From the NCBI GenBank assembly GCA_045837725.1, contig JBEWZL010000238.1:186001-250000 (forward strand): a stretch of DNA of 64,000 bases, read 5' to 3'. The notes under the pieces are model-generated. The model was not told the origin of the DNA. It ran no database searches and was given only the letters and a program-made list of their open reading frames with translations. Source of the stretch: Vermamoeba vermiformis. Taxonomy: Eukaryota. This document shows, piece by piece, positions 43,445-57,072 of the stretch. A program made the translations under genes and the position numbers. The first letter of the stretch is position 1; each line of letters opens with the position of its first letter.

Positions 43445-45950
43445 TTAATTATTGTTATTAACTAATGCAACCGGAGTAGTAGCAATAGACAAGCCACTAG
43501 GAAATACTTTTGCTTCGTCACCTTTCTTTTTGCGGATCAACAAACCAGCGTGAATCTGAAAGAGAGCGAGATTAATCGAGATTGTTCGAGTAGTATTTGT
43601 CTAAATATGCTTACGTAGAACATAAGTGCTCCAACACCTTCGTTGCCAGTCGGGGCAATATCACGTGCGATTTTCTTCGCTTTTTTGATCTGATCTCGTT
43701 TCTCGATCCACTTGACCGACATCGCTTAAAAAGGCAATTGTAAGCATTAAATATATGCATAGTCATATAAGTATTAATTATACCTTCTAGCGGGTCTTTA
43801 GTGAATGCAGCATAACTCTGATTGTTTCTGCTGCCGGAGACAGGTTCCGATGGATCCACCACCCATGTACCGAACTGAGCGTCCGAATCTTCGTCAATAA
43901 ACTCTTCAGCATAGTTCTTATTGGTTTCTTCTCCGCATCCTCCGCACCCTGTGCGTTCTACTTGAATAGGGACTAACATCAAGTCGTATTTGCCGCTTTG
44001 TTTTGCAGCTTGGTAGATCTGCGCATCCAGACCCTGAAAAAATATTAGCTTAATATTCTAACGATTATAATTGGCATAAATACTTTTAATACGGCCGGCA
44101 CGACGTTTGAAATGGCATATTGATAGTCCATCAAATGACCTAAGGTGAAATTTTCTTCGTTTTGTCGGCTATCGAAAATCCTATCAATCTTTTTAACGAT
44201 CTTTGCGTCCCACGAAAGAGATTCCATCGGAATTTCCTGACCAGTGCGTTTCAAGTTATAAATCAAAGTGCATCGGAAACTGCAAACAAAATAAAAAAGT
44301 TAGTCGTCGGATCAAGATCCAGATCCGGATGAAGATCCATTTTTTTTTTTTGACGTACCCTGAGTTTACTTGTTCAACACTATGCTCGCAGCTTGCATAA
44401 AATGCCACCCATGAAGCGCATCCGCGTTCAGGCGTAAAAATCTTCCTGACTCCTTTGTGTGTCACTGTCAACTGACCGCCCCAACAATAATATACTGGCA
44501 ATTGTACGACGAGTGTTGCAAACATATTGGGGTCTATCATTAATATTATATGAGTATAGGTATTAATAGTATAAGTATTGCTTTACCTCGTTGAGTGTCC
44601 ACGTGTGGTTTGAAAAAACTGTCTTTGGGATAATACAAGAATTTGTAAAGTTCCGCCGTGATCTCGGAGTTATTCGGAGATAAATGCTGTCGAATTTCTT
44701 CGAGTAAAGTGCTTTGTCCTGAAGTCGAAAAGAGTTTGTTCCATTCTGCGTTGTTGATCGTGAACCCATCCGGACTGATCTGACGACAATTTCGCACTGA
44801 TTTGTCGATCACTGTTTCGGAGCCTCTTCCGAACGGTGCATCCGTAGTCTAATGAGTAAAATTAATTAATGCAAAGTCGCGCGACGATCAAAATTCTGAG
44901 AATAATTTTTAACGGCAGATCCACCTTCAATAAATGATCTGCTATATCATTGTAAATGGACTTACTAATGCTTTCAGTAATGGTTCGTTATCTTCTTTCA
45001 CTGGAAGTTGCAAAGCTGGTCGTGGTTGTCCAGTCGCCGGATCTATTCCCAAACTGATCTGCGGATCCATTTCAACAGTTCCTTTAACCGTGAACAGTTC
45101 TTCATTATTTAATGCACTATATACCATATAATAAGTATACCGTTTTTATGATAGACCGACGTTTCTGACGGCAAGATCCGAATCCAGATCTCGATCGTGA
45201 AATTTGATTCAAACTTACGCTCGCAAATCTTCGGCTTCAGAGCCTTCCAAAAAAGGCAAGCCATGCGCATCGGTATCGTACATCCGTGTTTGTTCAAACG
45301 GATCGTCGGCACCAGTGGAGTGGTACTCCGGTTTTGCAAGAATAACATTCTCGCCAAAGAAGTGTTGCAATCCTTCGCGGATCTTGTTGGAGATATCGAG
45401 AGCTGCTGTTTTGCCTTTTTTGGTCTTAATAGCGGTACTTGCGAGTGGTTGAGGCAAGCCTGCTTCCTGGGCTTCGATCCGTGCGATCAGATCGGCCTGA
45501 AAAAAAATAAAGGCAGATCCCAAAAAAAATGAAATTTAATTATATTTACCTTATTGCCAGTGACTTTAAGACCTAGTTCTCGGCATTTATTTTTCAATTC
45601 GGCAACGCTACACGCAGCGTATCCAGTTTTTTCTTCTGCAGGACCGCGTTTTCGCTTTAAATTATTTAAAAAATTACTAAAAGCTTAAAAAAATTAATAA
45701 AAGTAATTACCTTGCGGCTACCACCTCCGGAGCTGCGGTAAGCTGATAAAAGTTGATTTATAAAAAATCCTAGAAAAAGTCAATCGATCTATCTTAAACT
45801 AATTATCGATAACGAACTATTTAAGTATTTTTCATTAATTATTAATTGGTTAAATTTTCTAACCGTTAAATGAATCAAACCTGCGAACGGATCTCCACCA
45901 TCGCTGCTATCAAGGCTACTGTCATTGCTGCTGCTATCATCGAACCACAT
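43445..45950 (-). CDS. SAP-like motif + 2OG-Fe(II) oxygenase domain protein, multi-exon
   Basis: SVAELKNKCRELGLKVTGNKADLIARI (SAP-like); APFGRGSETVIDKSVR, FFKPHVDT (HxD), MFATLVVQLP, GGQLTVTH, AFYASCEHSVEQVNSG. Both ends approximate. Confidence 0.85.
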
Positions 45951-46042
45951 ATTTAATAATAATAAATAATCTAATATAAACACTTGTGTTTGTGTTTATT
46001 GTAACTGTTTATGCAACACAGGTGTTTACTAAAAATATTGTG

Positions 46043-47901
46043 TTACAAAGCTTGGTATTGCACGGCGCTGCGCTGACGGTACAAGTAGAAGCCGATAAGT
46101 CCAGCTTCAATGCCAGCAAAACAACCTAAAATAATTGCAAACACACCACCGATACCGATCGAGCTGTTACTGTTTTGTTGGCCAGTAGGAGCAGCAATGC
46201 TCGGAGTAGCGATGATAGGAGTGGGGCCGACGCTAGTAGGGCTGTTACTTGAAGGCTGAGTTTGTTGGACAGGACCGATGCATATGGCCTATAAAACATT
46301 TGAGGTTAGTTGCTCGATCTAGATCTTTGACCTGCAAATAGCACTTACCAAATTAGTTCTGTAATTATCAGCTTGTTTTGGGGGAAACACCGCAACTTGT
46401 TGTGCAGTAATAGCAAGAATTTGTGGACACGTCCATTGCATCCAGGACGAGTAAAAGGTGTCTTTCGTCAGCGCTGCCATGTGCACAGGATTGACGTTAG
46501 GAATGACATCAACAGGAATAAAAGTGGATGTTTCGTATAGGTACGCTTTGGATAGCTCGTGTACATTAATGATGTTCCATTGAGCAGCGGTCATATTGCC
46601 AATTTGATCTCCGGTCAATCGCTCAATGCCCTCTGCTTTGAAAGCAACAAATGCAGCAGGATCGATTTTACCAAAAATAGCGCCACGAATGCCCTGGACG
46701 TTGACAAGTTGCATTTCTTCCAACACAGAACGCGTGAAGTGCTTTGCAAAGTCTGGCTCGTTCTCGTCGAGCAGCAAAATCTTGACCCAATTGACGTAGT
46801 GCAGCTCTTCTTTGACCAGATCCCAAGAGTACATGATACTGCTACCGCTCTTGGCAAAGTGATTATAAAGTTTTTCCTTCATTTTAACCATTTCGAAAGG
46901 AGAATAAGCTGGTTCAAATTAGTACGAGTGCCGCTCGTTATGAAGACGGAGCAATACTTACTTAAAACGTCCGACAATTGCTGCGCGGTCAGTGTATCGA
47001 TTAAACTCTTGCCGTGGAGGAATAACAGCTTATCGAACAGATCCGCCAAAGAGAGCCCATCCCAGGCACTAGATCCAAGGTTGAACAGTTGCTCAAGAGA
47101 AAGTTGCATCCACATAGTAGTGTTTCCATATGCTACTTGCATATAATTTATCGCGTGGATTGCGTCGAGCGTTAGTTGATTGAATTGAGACAACGTGATA
47201 TTTTGGAAGGCGTCATAACTAAGATTCTCGACGCAGTGCGCCTCCATTGCGTGCAACGTTTCGTCCTTCATGGTATGCATTCTATAATCAATAAAGCAGC
47301 AAGCATCACTTGTGAAGCCGCTCATTTGCTCAGGGCTGATAATTGGGAAGATTTCCGACTTAAAGTCTAGCTGGTAGCACTCGAATCCAATCAAACTCTG
47401 GGGAGACAGGAAGGCGAACTGAGCGGGAGTAATTGCTTTAACAAGTGGCTCTGTTAATGCTGATAGGCAGTGAGAGTCAAAGCCTGCGAAGGAAGCAGGC
47501 GGAATTTCGCCGAAGCATTTGGTTGGATTGAAGTTGTTACACAGATCTCCTGGAAGCTTCATTTGGTCGACCGTAAATCCGGCGCATGCTCCTCTCTCGA
47601 ATGCGTGCAATTGCGTTGGCAAGACTTGATGAAAGACGTCGGCAGGAATTTTTTGGACTTGATCCGTTTTCCATCCACGAAAGGCCTTGAAATATTTCTA
47701 AAATTAATTCGAAGCTAAAATAAAATTAGGGCTTTATCTTACGCGAGTAGGAATGGATGTAAATTGCGCAGCGGTAATATTGGTAAATACGTCGGGGCTT
47801 AACTGCCCAAGTTCATGAGGTGTGAGGTTTGCCCAATCAATCTGGCAGCGAGCAGCTCCAATAATTACTGACAATACTATTAAGACGGTGTAGAGCTTCA
47901 T
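46043..47901 (-). CDS. Type I membrane protein with Cys-containing helical repeats, Ser/Pro/Thr stalk, TM and YxxL tail
   Basis: Signal peptide MKLYTVLIVLSVIIGAARC; repeats such as ITPAQF, ISPEQM, ITLSQF; final exon TM followed by YRQRSAVQYQAL*. Confidence 0.75.
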
Positions 47902-48659
47902 GGCCTTAATTAATGAACAAAGTTAGCGAGGTAGATTCGGTACAAAAAAAAAATAGAGTGCTTGTTTGAGCGCCTTTTACTATTAGAATTAGAAAATGAG
48001 CAAGATAAAACAATGGTACTTACCAACGACTGCTATTGCTCTGCTTGGAAGAGTAGAACAAATATTCCTCATTTTCGCATTTTTTTCTGGCCAAAGCCGG
48101 TAACCTACGCTTAGTCCTGCGCAAGCAAAAATAATACATTCATTGAAGCTAACAATAGTGCGATAATCTCCGGTCAAGCAGACGAGCAAACGTTGGCCAA
48201 AGGTTCGATGCGATCAACAGAAATTTTTAAAAAAGATTTCAAAATACAATTACAACATAATTATTAACAAATTTATGTGAAGCAAATTTCGACAGCCAAG
48301 TAATTTTACCGTAACGTTCAGTAAATCCTGGGATTTGGATTTGCAATTTTGCTTTACGGACGTGAGTTATTAAATCGTCAGTAACAAGAACTACTCGTTC
48401 AAAAATATACAAACCATGTAGAGACGAGGAAGGCAGGGCAGCTCCGAACGCCTGTACGGATCCTTCCGGTCGTCAATCCTCGTCACACCGGTGTCATGCT
48501 CGCTATGGTCAAACGGACTCTTATTGGTGATGAAGCCTAACTTCGTTCTATTTAAACACAACTAGCGCAAGCAATTTTTGTTGCGGGAATTTCAAAGGAG
48601 GCAACACGGAACGCCTTCTTTACATGAATTAGTGCTATATACAGGTGACATACTATCGG

Positions 48660-49160
48660 TTGATCAGCAGCGCGGGAACACTTCCGCTTCGTCATCCTTC
48701 TTTTTGCGAATCAACAAACCGGCGTGAATCTGAATGACACCACGAGATTAGCTTTAGCGATTAATGTTATAATGCCAATATGCTCACATAGAACATGAGT
48801 GCTCCAACACCTTCGTTACCAGTTGGCACTGTATCGCTCGCGATTTTCTTGGCTTTTTTGATCTGTTCTTGTTTCTCGATCCACTTGACCGACAAGGCTA
48901 TACATTCATATTATTATACGTTATAATGTCTCAATATATATGTTTCATACCTTCCAGTGCGTCTTTAGTGAATACACCGTAGCTATTGTTGGCATCTGCT
49001 GACGCGGCTGGATCTACCACCCAAGTAGCGAACTGAGGATCACTGTCCTCGTCGATAAATTCTTCCGCATCATTCACTCAGTCCGATTCGTCTCCGCATC
49101 CACCTGCTCCAACACGTTCAACTTGAATAGGGACCAACATCAAGTCGTATTTGCCGCTCT
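48660..49160 (-). pseudogene. Truncated duplicate of the 3' part of the 2OG-Fe(II) oxygenase gene
   Basis: QSGKYDLMLVPIQVER..AEEFIDEDSD..WVVDP..SVKWIEK..VPTGNEGVGALMFY matches 43520-44005, with the same intron positions. In-frame TGA at 49080-49078; no 5' half. Confidence 0.85.
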
Positions 49161-49224
49161 GTTTCGAAACAAAAATCCAAAAATAGCCCAAAACGGTATA
49201 ACCATTAAATTCAAAGACAACACC

Positions 49225-50963
49225 ATGCGACTCTACCTTACGGTCGCTCTTTGCTTGTTAGTCAGACTTTACAGATCCGCTACTGCTGCCTCGTATGAAC
49301 CCATCTGGATTTCACCGACCTCCGTAAAAGAAACTGGCATCGGTGAGTAAATTCCACAAAAAATAGTAAAAGATATAATACGTATCAATGAAATTTCAGC
49401 GGTGTAGGTTTTAATTTTAAGCTTCAACAAAATTTAAATTGGTACTGCCGATCTAACTAACTCCATAATTTAGCTGCTATTTTTGAGAGCTACACTGCTG
49501 AGAAAGGAGTTTGGGCTACTGTTGACATTGGAGCTGGTTCTCGTGGAACATGCCATTTAGCGGCAATGGATTCAAAAGGCACTCTTTGGATCATGTTTGG
49601 GTCTTATCGTATCAATGATGGAAGTACTAACTTGTTCAACGTATGGAACTACAATCCTAAAACTGATCAGTATCGTTATGTTTGGGGAAGCAATGAAACG
49701 TCCACAACAAATCCACGCGACCCTGGTGACCTTCGAGTACCTGCTGAAACGAATCACCCTGGTGATATTGCATTTGGTAGTGTCACTATTGATAAGAATG
49801 ATAATATTTGGTTCCCTTCTTCCACATTTGGAGGCGAGTTGTGGATGTTCAACACCACATCCATGATGTTCGTCAGAATGCAAGGACTCTATCCGGACAC
49901 CATTCCACCAAGTATTGGTGCTAATCCTGGCATGCCTGGAGAGGACGTGTGGCCTGGATATTCACAAGCAGCATGCCTGGTCACTGACTCCAACAACGAC
50001 ATCTGGATGTTGTCCGGTTCCAATGCCAACGGTGTAACAAGCAGCGTTTGGCACTTTAACACAACATCGTTGCTATGGACGTTCATCACTGGCAGCATTG
50101 AAGAACAGAAAGCCAATTACAACGCTACATTTTTTGGTGGTTTATGGGGTCCTGGTTGTTTCATCGATGCAGACGATCGTGTCTGGCTCTACAGCGGCTG
50201 GGGAAACACAGCTGACGACCACGAAGACTACGGCAGCATTTGGACCTTTGACACACGTGTCAAGCGAGAATGGGAGCCCGAGTTCGGTCCGGACGCTGTT
50301 TTTGCTTGGCCCAAATCTGTGTCCGCTGACTATCATCCTGACAATCATCCTGGCAGTGGTGAAGCCATGTTGTTTGTTGATCGCATGGATGGCACTGCAA
50401 TGGTGGTTGCTACTACTGGATACAACGATGCTGGAGACTGGGGATCGTTGAATCAAGTGTGGCTGTACCACAAGACTTTGAAGCAGTGGAAGCTCGTGCA
50501 CGGCGACACGAACACGGTGGATGCCAATGTTACCACTTCATTTGTGAACTACCGTCAGCCTGGTTCTAATTATACTGGCGCAACCTATCCTGCTAATTTT
50601 AACGGCGTCAACTCTAACGGCGATGCCTACATTGTGGGTGGTGGTTACTATAAAGTGGATCCAAATTTTAACAGTATCTGGTTCATTCCCAACGACCAAT
50701 GCGCTTCTGCTGGTGCCAACAAATGTTCAGTGAACGCGGAGTGCATCGAAGAGATGTTCGGATACTCGTGTGTGTGCAATGATGGCTTTACTGGCGATGG
50801 ATTCATGTGCGATGCCATCATTCCCGTTGCTGTTGCCCCTGTTGATGCTCCTGTGGCTAATAACGCGCCTGTTGCGGCGACGCCAAAGGCAAAAACAAGC
50901 AGCGCTTCAGTTGTTGGTCCTGCAGTTGCTTTGATGGCACTCGTTCTTGCCTTTTTAAATTAA
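49225..50963 (+). CDS. Secreted or GPI-anchored Kelch-like beta-propeller + EGF-domain protein
   Basis: Signal peptide; repeats D..xWxxGG/SG...vW.fnt....W; EGF domain CSVNAECIEEMFGYSCVCNDGFTGDGFMC; Ala/Pro stalk and hydrophobic C-terminus. Confidence 0.85.
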
Positions 50964-51723
50964 TTATTAGTTGTTTCGTAGCGAATAGATAAAATAGTAA
51001 GAGACTAATAGTTTTTTGCGCGTAGAATAAAAGCGCTGATTGCTTTAGCTAATTACGAGCCTAAATAAATAATAGAACGCGTGTATTATACAGCATTCTT
51101 ATATAATAGAATGGTAACTCGGTTGATGTTTAAATTTGACTTCCAAACACGCGATCGGATCGTACTTTAATCAACAATTTAAAATTATCAATAACAGTAG
51201 TGCAATTATACTATAGTAATATTGAATAAGGCGTGTACATTAGTAATAATCGATGCGTTGCAAATTGAAATATTAATATGCGTGTTACTTGCAACGATAA
51301 ATTACTAATAAAAATATATATACTATGCTAATTAAAGCGTACCTTATTGAATCCACGGCTCACCATTCTTTGATGACGAACAAAAGTTGATCGATAAACA
51401 AAAATTGTCAACCATTTTAAAAATTCGATGGCAGCTTTAAAACCCTATAAATTAATATTAGTATTTGATATAAATAATTAGAGTACTTTTAAATTACCTT
51501 ACTATCAATTTACAAGCTGGGATGTGAATCCGATGGAGCGAAGGGAAGTACCTCTCTGTGCTACAATAAGCGTACTAATCGACCAAGCGATAATAATATG
51601 TGACGGCGAAAAATTTGCAATAAATGCTTGGTCTTGTTTGGTGACGTGTCGCTTGGTTTTGAATTTAAAAGTAACCGTTGCGCACGGTTTTTTTGAATTC
51701 ACAACTGTACTACAAGGCACACC

Positions 51724-52524
51724 ATGAAGCACATAATTATCTGTGTCCTATTTTTAGCATGCTCGTTGTTCGTTGCCAGCGTCTCTGGTCTTGGTTACAT
51801 GGTTCGAATGATCCACGACGGACCTGACTGCTCTCCTGAGCACAAAATCGTGCATATTAGCTTCGAGGTAATTTAAACTAATATGTTAAAGCGAATGTAG
51901 CTTATTTGAGTATTTTCTGAATTTTTGTAATAATTTCTAAAAAATTTTTATTTATAGGTCGATACTTGCTCGCCTAAGCCATTGAGTCAAGCAAAGTGCA
52001 ACACTGTTCATGGTTATGAGAAGTCCGAAACTGCCGCCTGCCTCTCTTCAATCGGGGAGATCGCGGACAAAATTCCTGCAGGTTCAATGTCTATCTTCGC
52101 TCACATTGACGACCGTAAAAAAGACTGTAAATCGACCTATATTCATGGCAGCTATCGTAAGTGCACTAGAATTTAACTGCACAAAGTTTGCAAAGCGAGA
52201 TTAATTCGAGATCTAATTTGTCTGAAAACGCAACTAGAGCCTGTTGGAATTGAAAATAGCTGTAAGCCGGGATACAAAGAAGACTCAATTTTTTTGAAGT
52301 CCTGCTCAAAGGACGGCTTTGAAATGCAAGTCTGCCAAGACAAGTTTTGTCAGGACGGATGTAAACCACTGCCACAGATGCCGATGAAGGAAAAGACTTG
52401 CTTCCATCACGGCGGACAGAAAAAGACCTCATATTACTTCTCTTGCCAAGTTGAGATCCCGACTTTGACCTTCCAACCCGAACCTGAAGAGGACGAGATG
52501 GAGGACGACAAAGACGAACTTTAA
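51724..52524 (+). CDS. Small Cys-rich secretory-pathway protein ending in KDEL (3 exons)
   Basis: Signal peptide MKHIIICVLFLACSLFVASVSG; many Cys; acidic tail EDDKDEL*. Confidence 0.75.
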
Positions 52525-52719
52525 ACTCACTTTGTATCCTTATGAAATATAAAATAACGATTAATTATTATTAAGTATACTCGTAAACATTGAACTTCGC
52601 GCAAAGTTAAAACGAGAGATCCCACACCTTATTGTCTAAATTTGGCATTATTTTTCGAGCCCGTCTCATCAGTTTATTGTGTCCCGTTAGGGTGAAAAAG
52701 TTTATTTAATTATTTACCG

Positions 52720-55700
52720 ATGAAGACCACACGACCTCGGTTAAAATTAATCGCCTTACTGGCGCTGGTTGGCCTCTGCAGCTTCGTACAAGGTACAGTC
52801 CTCTTACGGTGCCACAACAAGCACATCTGCAACGTTATTTGATTATCGTTTGTTTCGGCATAAAGAAGCAAGCTTTCAGTATTTATTTACTTTCCGCTCA
52901 TAGGTGCAACGCTGTCGGTTTCTCCATCTGGAGCGGGTGATTGCACTAATTCACCTTGCGCTACCATTTCACAAGCATTAGCTGTCGCTAACTCAGGTGA
53001 CACTATTCAGCTAGCCGCAGGCACTTATCAAGGCACTGGCTTTAGAGAACAAGTTCTGAACACATCCAAAGTTCTGACAATTACTGGAGCTGGTTCAGAC
53101 CAAACTATTATTGATTTGGAAAACGCAGGTTAGTGAGTTTAAATATTGATTTACGCATTTTTTGAATTTTGGACACGATTCTGTAGCAAATTATTTCAAA
53201 AGCGAGAGTTTTCGGGAGACGTCAAAAATCGATCCAATCAATCCATGACATGTGGCTATTTTAGGGCGCGCTTTCATCATTAGCAACGGAGTAGTGACAA
53301 TCACGAGCTTATCGATAATCAACGGCAACGGCAGCGTGGTCAATGTGTTCAATTTGGGAACCGCTGGTGGCGCGATCGCATCTGACAAAGCTACGCTAAC
53401 TATTACCGACGTCATATTTGAAAACTGCAATACGCCTGGCTTTACCTATAGCGCACCAGGTGGTGCGATGATTACGAGAGTAAGCAGAAGTTTCGGATGT
53501 GCACCCCAAAAATCGGATCGGACAATGTTCGCTAATCGGAGCTCGGATAATTATAGGACACCCAATTGACTATGTCCAACGTTCAATTTCTTCGTTGCAG
53601 CGCTGGAATAGCTGGAGCGTGGTATCCGATCGGCACGACAGTCGCAACAGTGACAAATGTTAAATTCATCGAATGCGCAACGGGTGAAGGTGGATGGGGC
53701 GGTGCTGGTAAGTAGTGCTCTATTAAGTAATTTATTATAATCATTGTAAGCCGATTTCACAAACTTTTGCTATGCGAAATCCAGATTCATTTTTGATTAC
53801 AATTGCAAGATATCCATAGATCGTGTGTAATATATTAATACTCGTATTTTAGTTGTTCCCGAAGGCGCATCGATTCTGTTATTCGATAATTGTGAATTTT
53901 TGAACAACTTTGGCAGTTTTGGTGGAGCAATCGATGACGGTAATGAAAAACAATACTAATGTTCTATTTTGATTACATAACTAATATTAATGTTTTAATA
54001 CTATTATAGGCGCATTTACTAATTATACTATCCGAAATTCGTTGTTCCAAGGAAATCACGGGTTGTACGGCGGATCTGTGTACACATTTGGCAACTCATA
54101 CTCCATATACGACAATTGCACGTTTAGAGATAACTATGTAACGAATTCGGGTGGAGCGATTCGAACGACGTCCGAATCCTTAATGCATCTGTATAATTGT
54201 CTATTTTTGAACAACACGGGTAACTCAGGTGGTGCTATTACATCGGTCTCTTCGTATCCGGTTGTAATCGACAATTGCATATTTAGAGATAACTTTGGTC
54301 AGGTAAGCCCCAAAGCACCGATTAATTAACTTTTTGATTTTGAAGCGGATTTGCTTTTAAATTTCGTTGCAAAATTATTAATGATTTAAAATTTAATTAG
54401 ACAGTATACATTTAATAATAGTATATATTTTTGAATCGAGAATTAATTAAATTAATTACCTTCGAATCTAGCAACAAGGTGGAGCCATTTCTCATCAAGG
54501 ACCGACGACTATTCGCAACTCTTTGATTGAGAACTGCAAAAGCAACTACATTTCAGGCGGTTTCGACGTGGTTGGTGTTGCTCCATTGATTTTTGAAAAT
54601 GTGACTTTGCGCGGGAACACTGCGTTTAAAGGCGCTGCAATGTCTATTGAAACATCTCCCGATATGTAAGTAGTAGGACGTTATAATCATTTCAGAAATT
54701 CCATTGGCACTTAAAACAATTTCGATTTTCCTTTTTTTCCGATCTTTTTTACTTATTGGATCTTCTGCCTTAACCACCATTTTAATTTAGTAAATATAAT
54801 ATCATCAACTGTACCTTCGAAGATAATGTTGCTACGTCGGCTGCGGGTGCTGTAGTCATTTCTAGTCAGTCTCAAGTGACTTTCTCAAACACGATTTTCC
54901 GACGCGTATGTACTTAGCTGAATTTATCCAAATATAGTAATACTAATGCAACGCGACGTAGAACTCGGCTACTAACGGCGGCGCCTTTCAAGCGGCTTCT
55001 GCGAGCAATGTAACCTTGGATAATTGTTCGTTTTATGACAACTCCGCAGCCAAGTAAGATCCAAAAAAATTTCTGGCAAGCATTGAATTAACGTTCGTTG
55101 TTATTATTAGTGGTGGTGCAGCAGTTTCTACAGATACAGCTACACTTAATATCCAAAACTCGCAGTTCTATCGCAACAGTGCCATCTTGTCCGGAGGTGC
55201 TCTCTATCAAGACGCGTTCGGCGCAATAGTGATGACTGATTCACAAGTCACTAATAACAATGCACGCAACGGCGGTGGCTACGCGGTGTCAGAGTCCGCA
55301 GCTGAATGTCTGCAGTTGACACGTGTCACTTTTGAAGGCAACACAGCGATCATCGGAGGTGGTGCGATCTACTTTGTTGGCGTGCCTTCAAGTTGCGACT
55401 ACGACAATTACTGTCTCGATTGCGGGTTCAACAACAACACTGCCTTATTTGGAAATTCTGTGGCCAGTTCAGCGTACCAATTAGGCTTCAAAAACACACC
55501 TCCAACGTCACTTTCTGCATCCACGCCATTCACCGTCCAGCTCAATCTATTGGATCGATTTGGCGAAGTCGTGTTGCAGCAGGGAAGTCTGTTGATTCAA
55601 GCGCGAGTCACCACGGACAACGTCACATTGACGGGCATCACGGAACAAGAATCGTCCATTGACGGCACTGCCGAGTTCAAACTTTTGAAGTTATTAGCAG

Positions 55701-57072
55701 CCCCTCAAACTTCCATTACGTTGCAGTTCAACACCAACCCCGCGACAGTGTTGCCGTTGAAAACTGACATTTTTGTTACCGAGTGTCAAGACGGCGCTGA
55801 AGCTCGTATTGTTGACGGGACTTATCACTGCCTCACTGTCCGAGACGTCAAGTTCCCGATGAAAGTTGCCATCTACGTCATCACATCCGTGTGCATCGCC
55901 TTGTCCGTGATCTTATTCATCTTGCTCATCGTCTACAGAAATCACTCGGTCATCAAGAAATCATCGCCGGTACTCTGCTGCATGATTGTAGGCGGTGCCA
56001 TTATCTCGTACATTTCAGTCTACTTCTGGCTAGACACGACTGACCCGTACTGCGTGTTGCGAGTTTGGCTCTTGACGATTGGCTTCACGGTCATGTATTC
56101 CTCGTTCTTCGCGAAGGAATGGAGATTATGGAAGATCTTCAATCCTAAGGCACTCAAATCGATTTCACGCATCACGGACAGAACGCTCATCAAGATCGTG
56201 TTGGTCGTACTTGCCATTGAATGCGTGATCGTTCTTTTCTGGTTCATTTTCTTCCCGTACTTGCAACGCGTCACAACAGACTTTGAGTCCATCGAAGAAA
56301 GCATCACGTTTGAATGTCACAGCGACACACCTGCGTTCTTGTACACGATGCTGGCACTCAACTGCGCCTTGTTGCTGTTCGGATGTTTCTTGGCCATTGC
56401 TACTCGTCGATTGCCGTCCGCTTACAACGAAAGTCAGCACTTGGCATTTTCGGCAAGTGTCATCTTAATTTTGACACTTTTGACACTCACGAAATTTCAC
56501 TGTTTAATCCTTCCTAACGCTCCAATCACATTGATTTTTGACTCTAATGAAAGTTTTTCGTTTTTTGATCCGGCGACGAAATTTGGCATTCGGATGACAT
56601 TTGACACTTTTGACACGCAACAGTTCCTAACGCCATTTATTCTTTAGATTTACAACGCCACGCTCACTTTGTTCGTTGTCGTGCCCGTAGCATCAGTTCT
56701 CAGTGATCCCGAACAAATCTCAATCACTGTGACGGCTGGCATTTTGTTCTCGACAACGATGTCACTGATCGTTTTGTTCGCACCAAAACTTCATTTGACA
56801 CTCAGAAAAGGCGCGATTGTACGAGCATTGCGCAAATCTATTCGTAAGTCAAATCAGGTTTACTCGAACCTCCAGATCTAACTTGTTTGATTTACTTAGA
56901 AAAATTGGAGACGGATCTGCTCTGGCGAAGACGTCAATTGAGCGAGTTTGAGTCCGTATCAGACACTAATATCACCATGCACCCTCCTACTCGTGGTGTC
57001 GCTGGGGCAGGTGGATCTATGCCCGAGAAAGGTTCTAACAGCACGGACAAGACTATTTCAGCTAAAAACTAA
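52720..57072 (+). CDS. Class C (GABA-B/Grl-like) 7TM receptor with parallel beta-helix (Pmp/pectin-lyase-like) ectodomain
   Basis: Signal peptide; many FxxN..GGAI repeats; 7tm_3 motifs IKKSSP, CVLRVWLLTIGF..FAKEWRLWKIF, PSAYNES..FS|IYN and LFAPK. Confidence 0.88.

Noticed and set aside
46879-46971. Apparent frameshift between ORFs 46879..47622 and 46319..46891
   Set aside because: Resolved by a normal gtaagt...ctaat...ccag intron.
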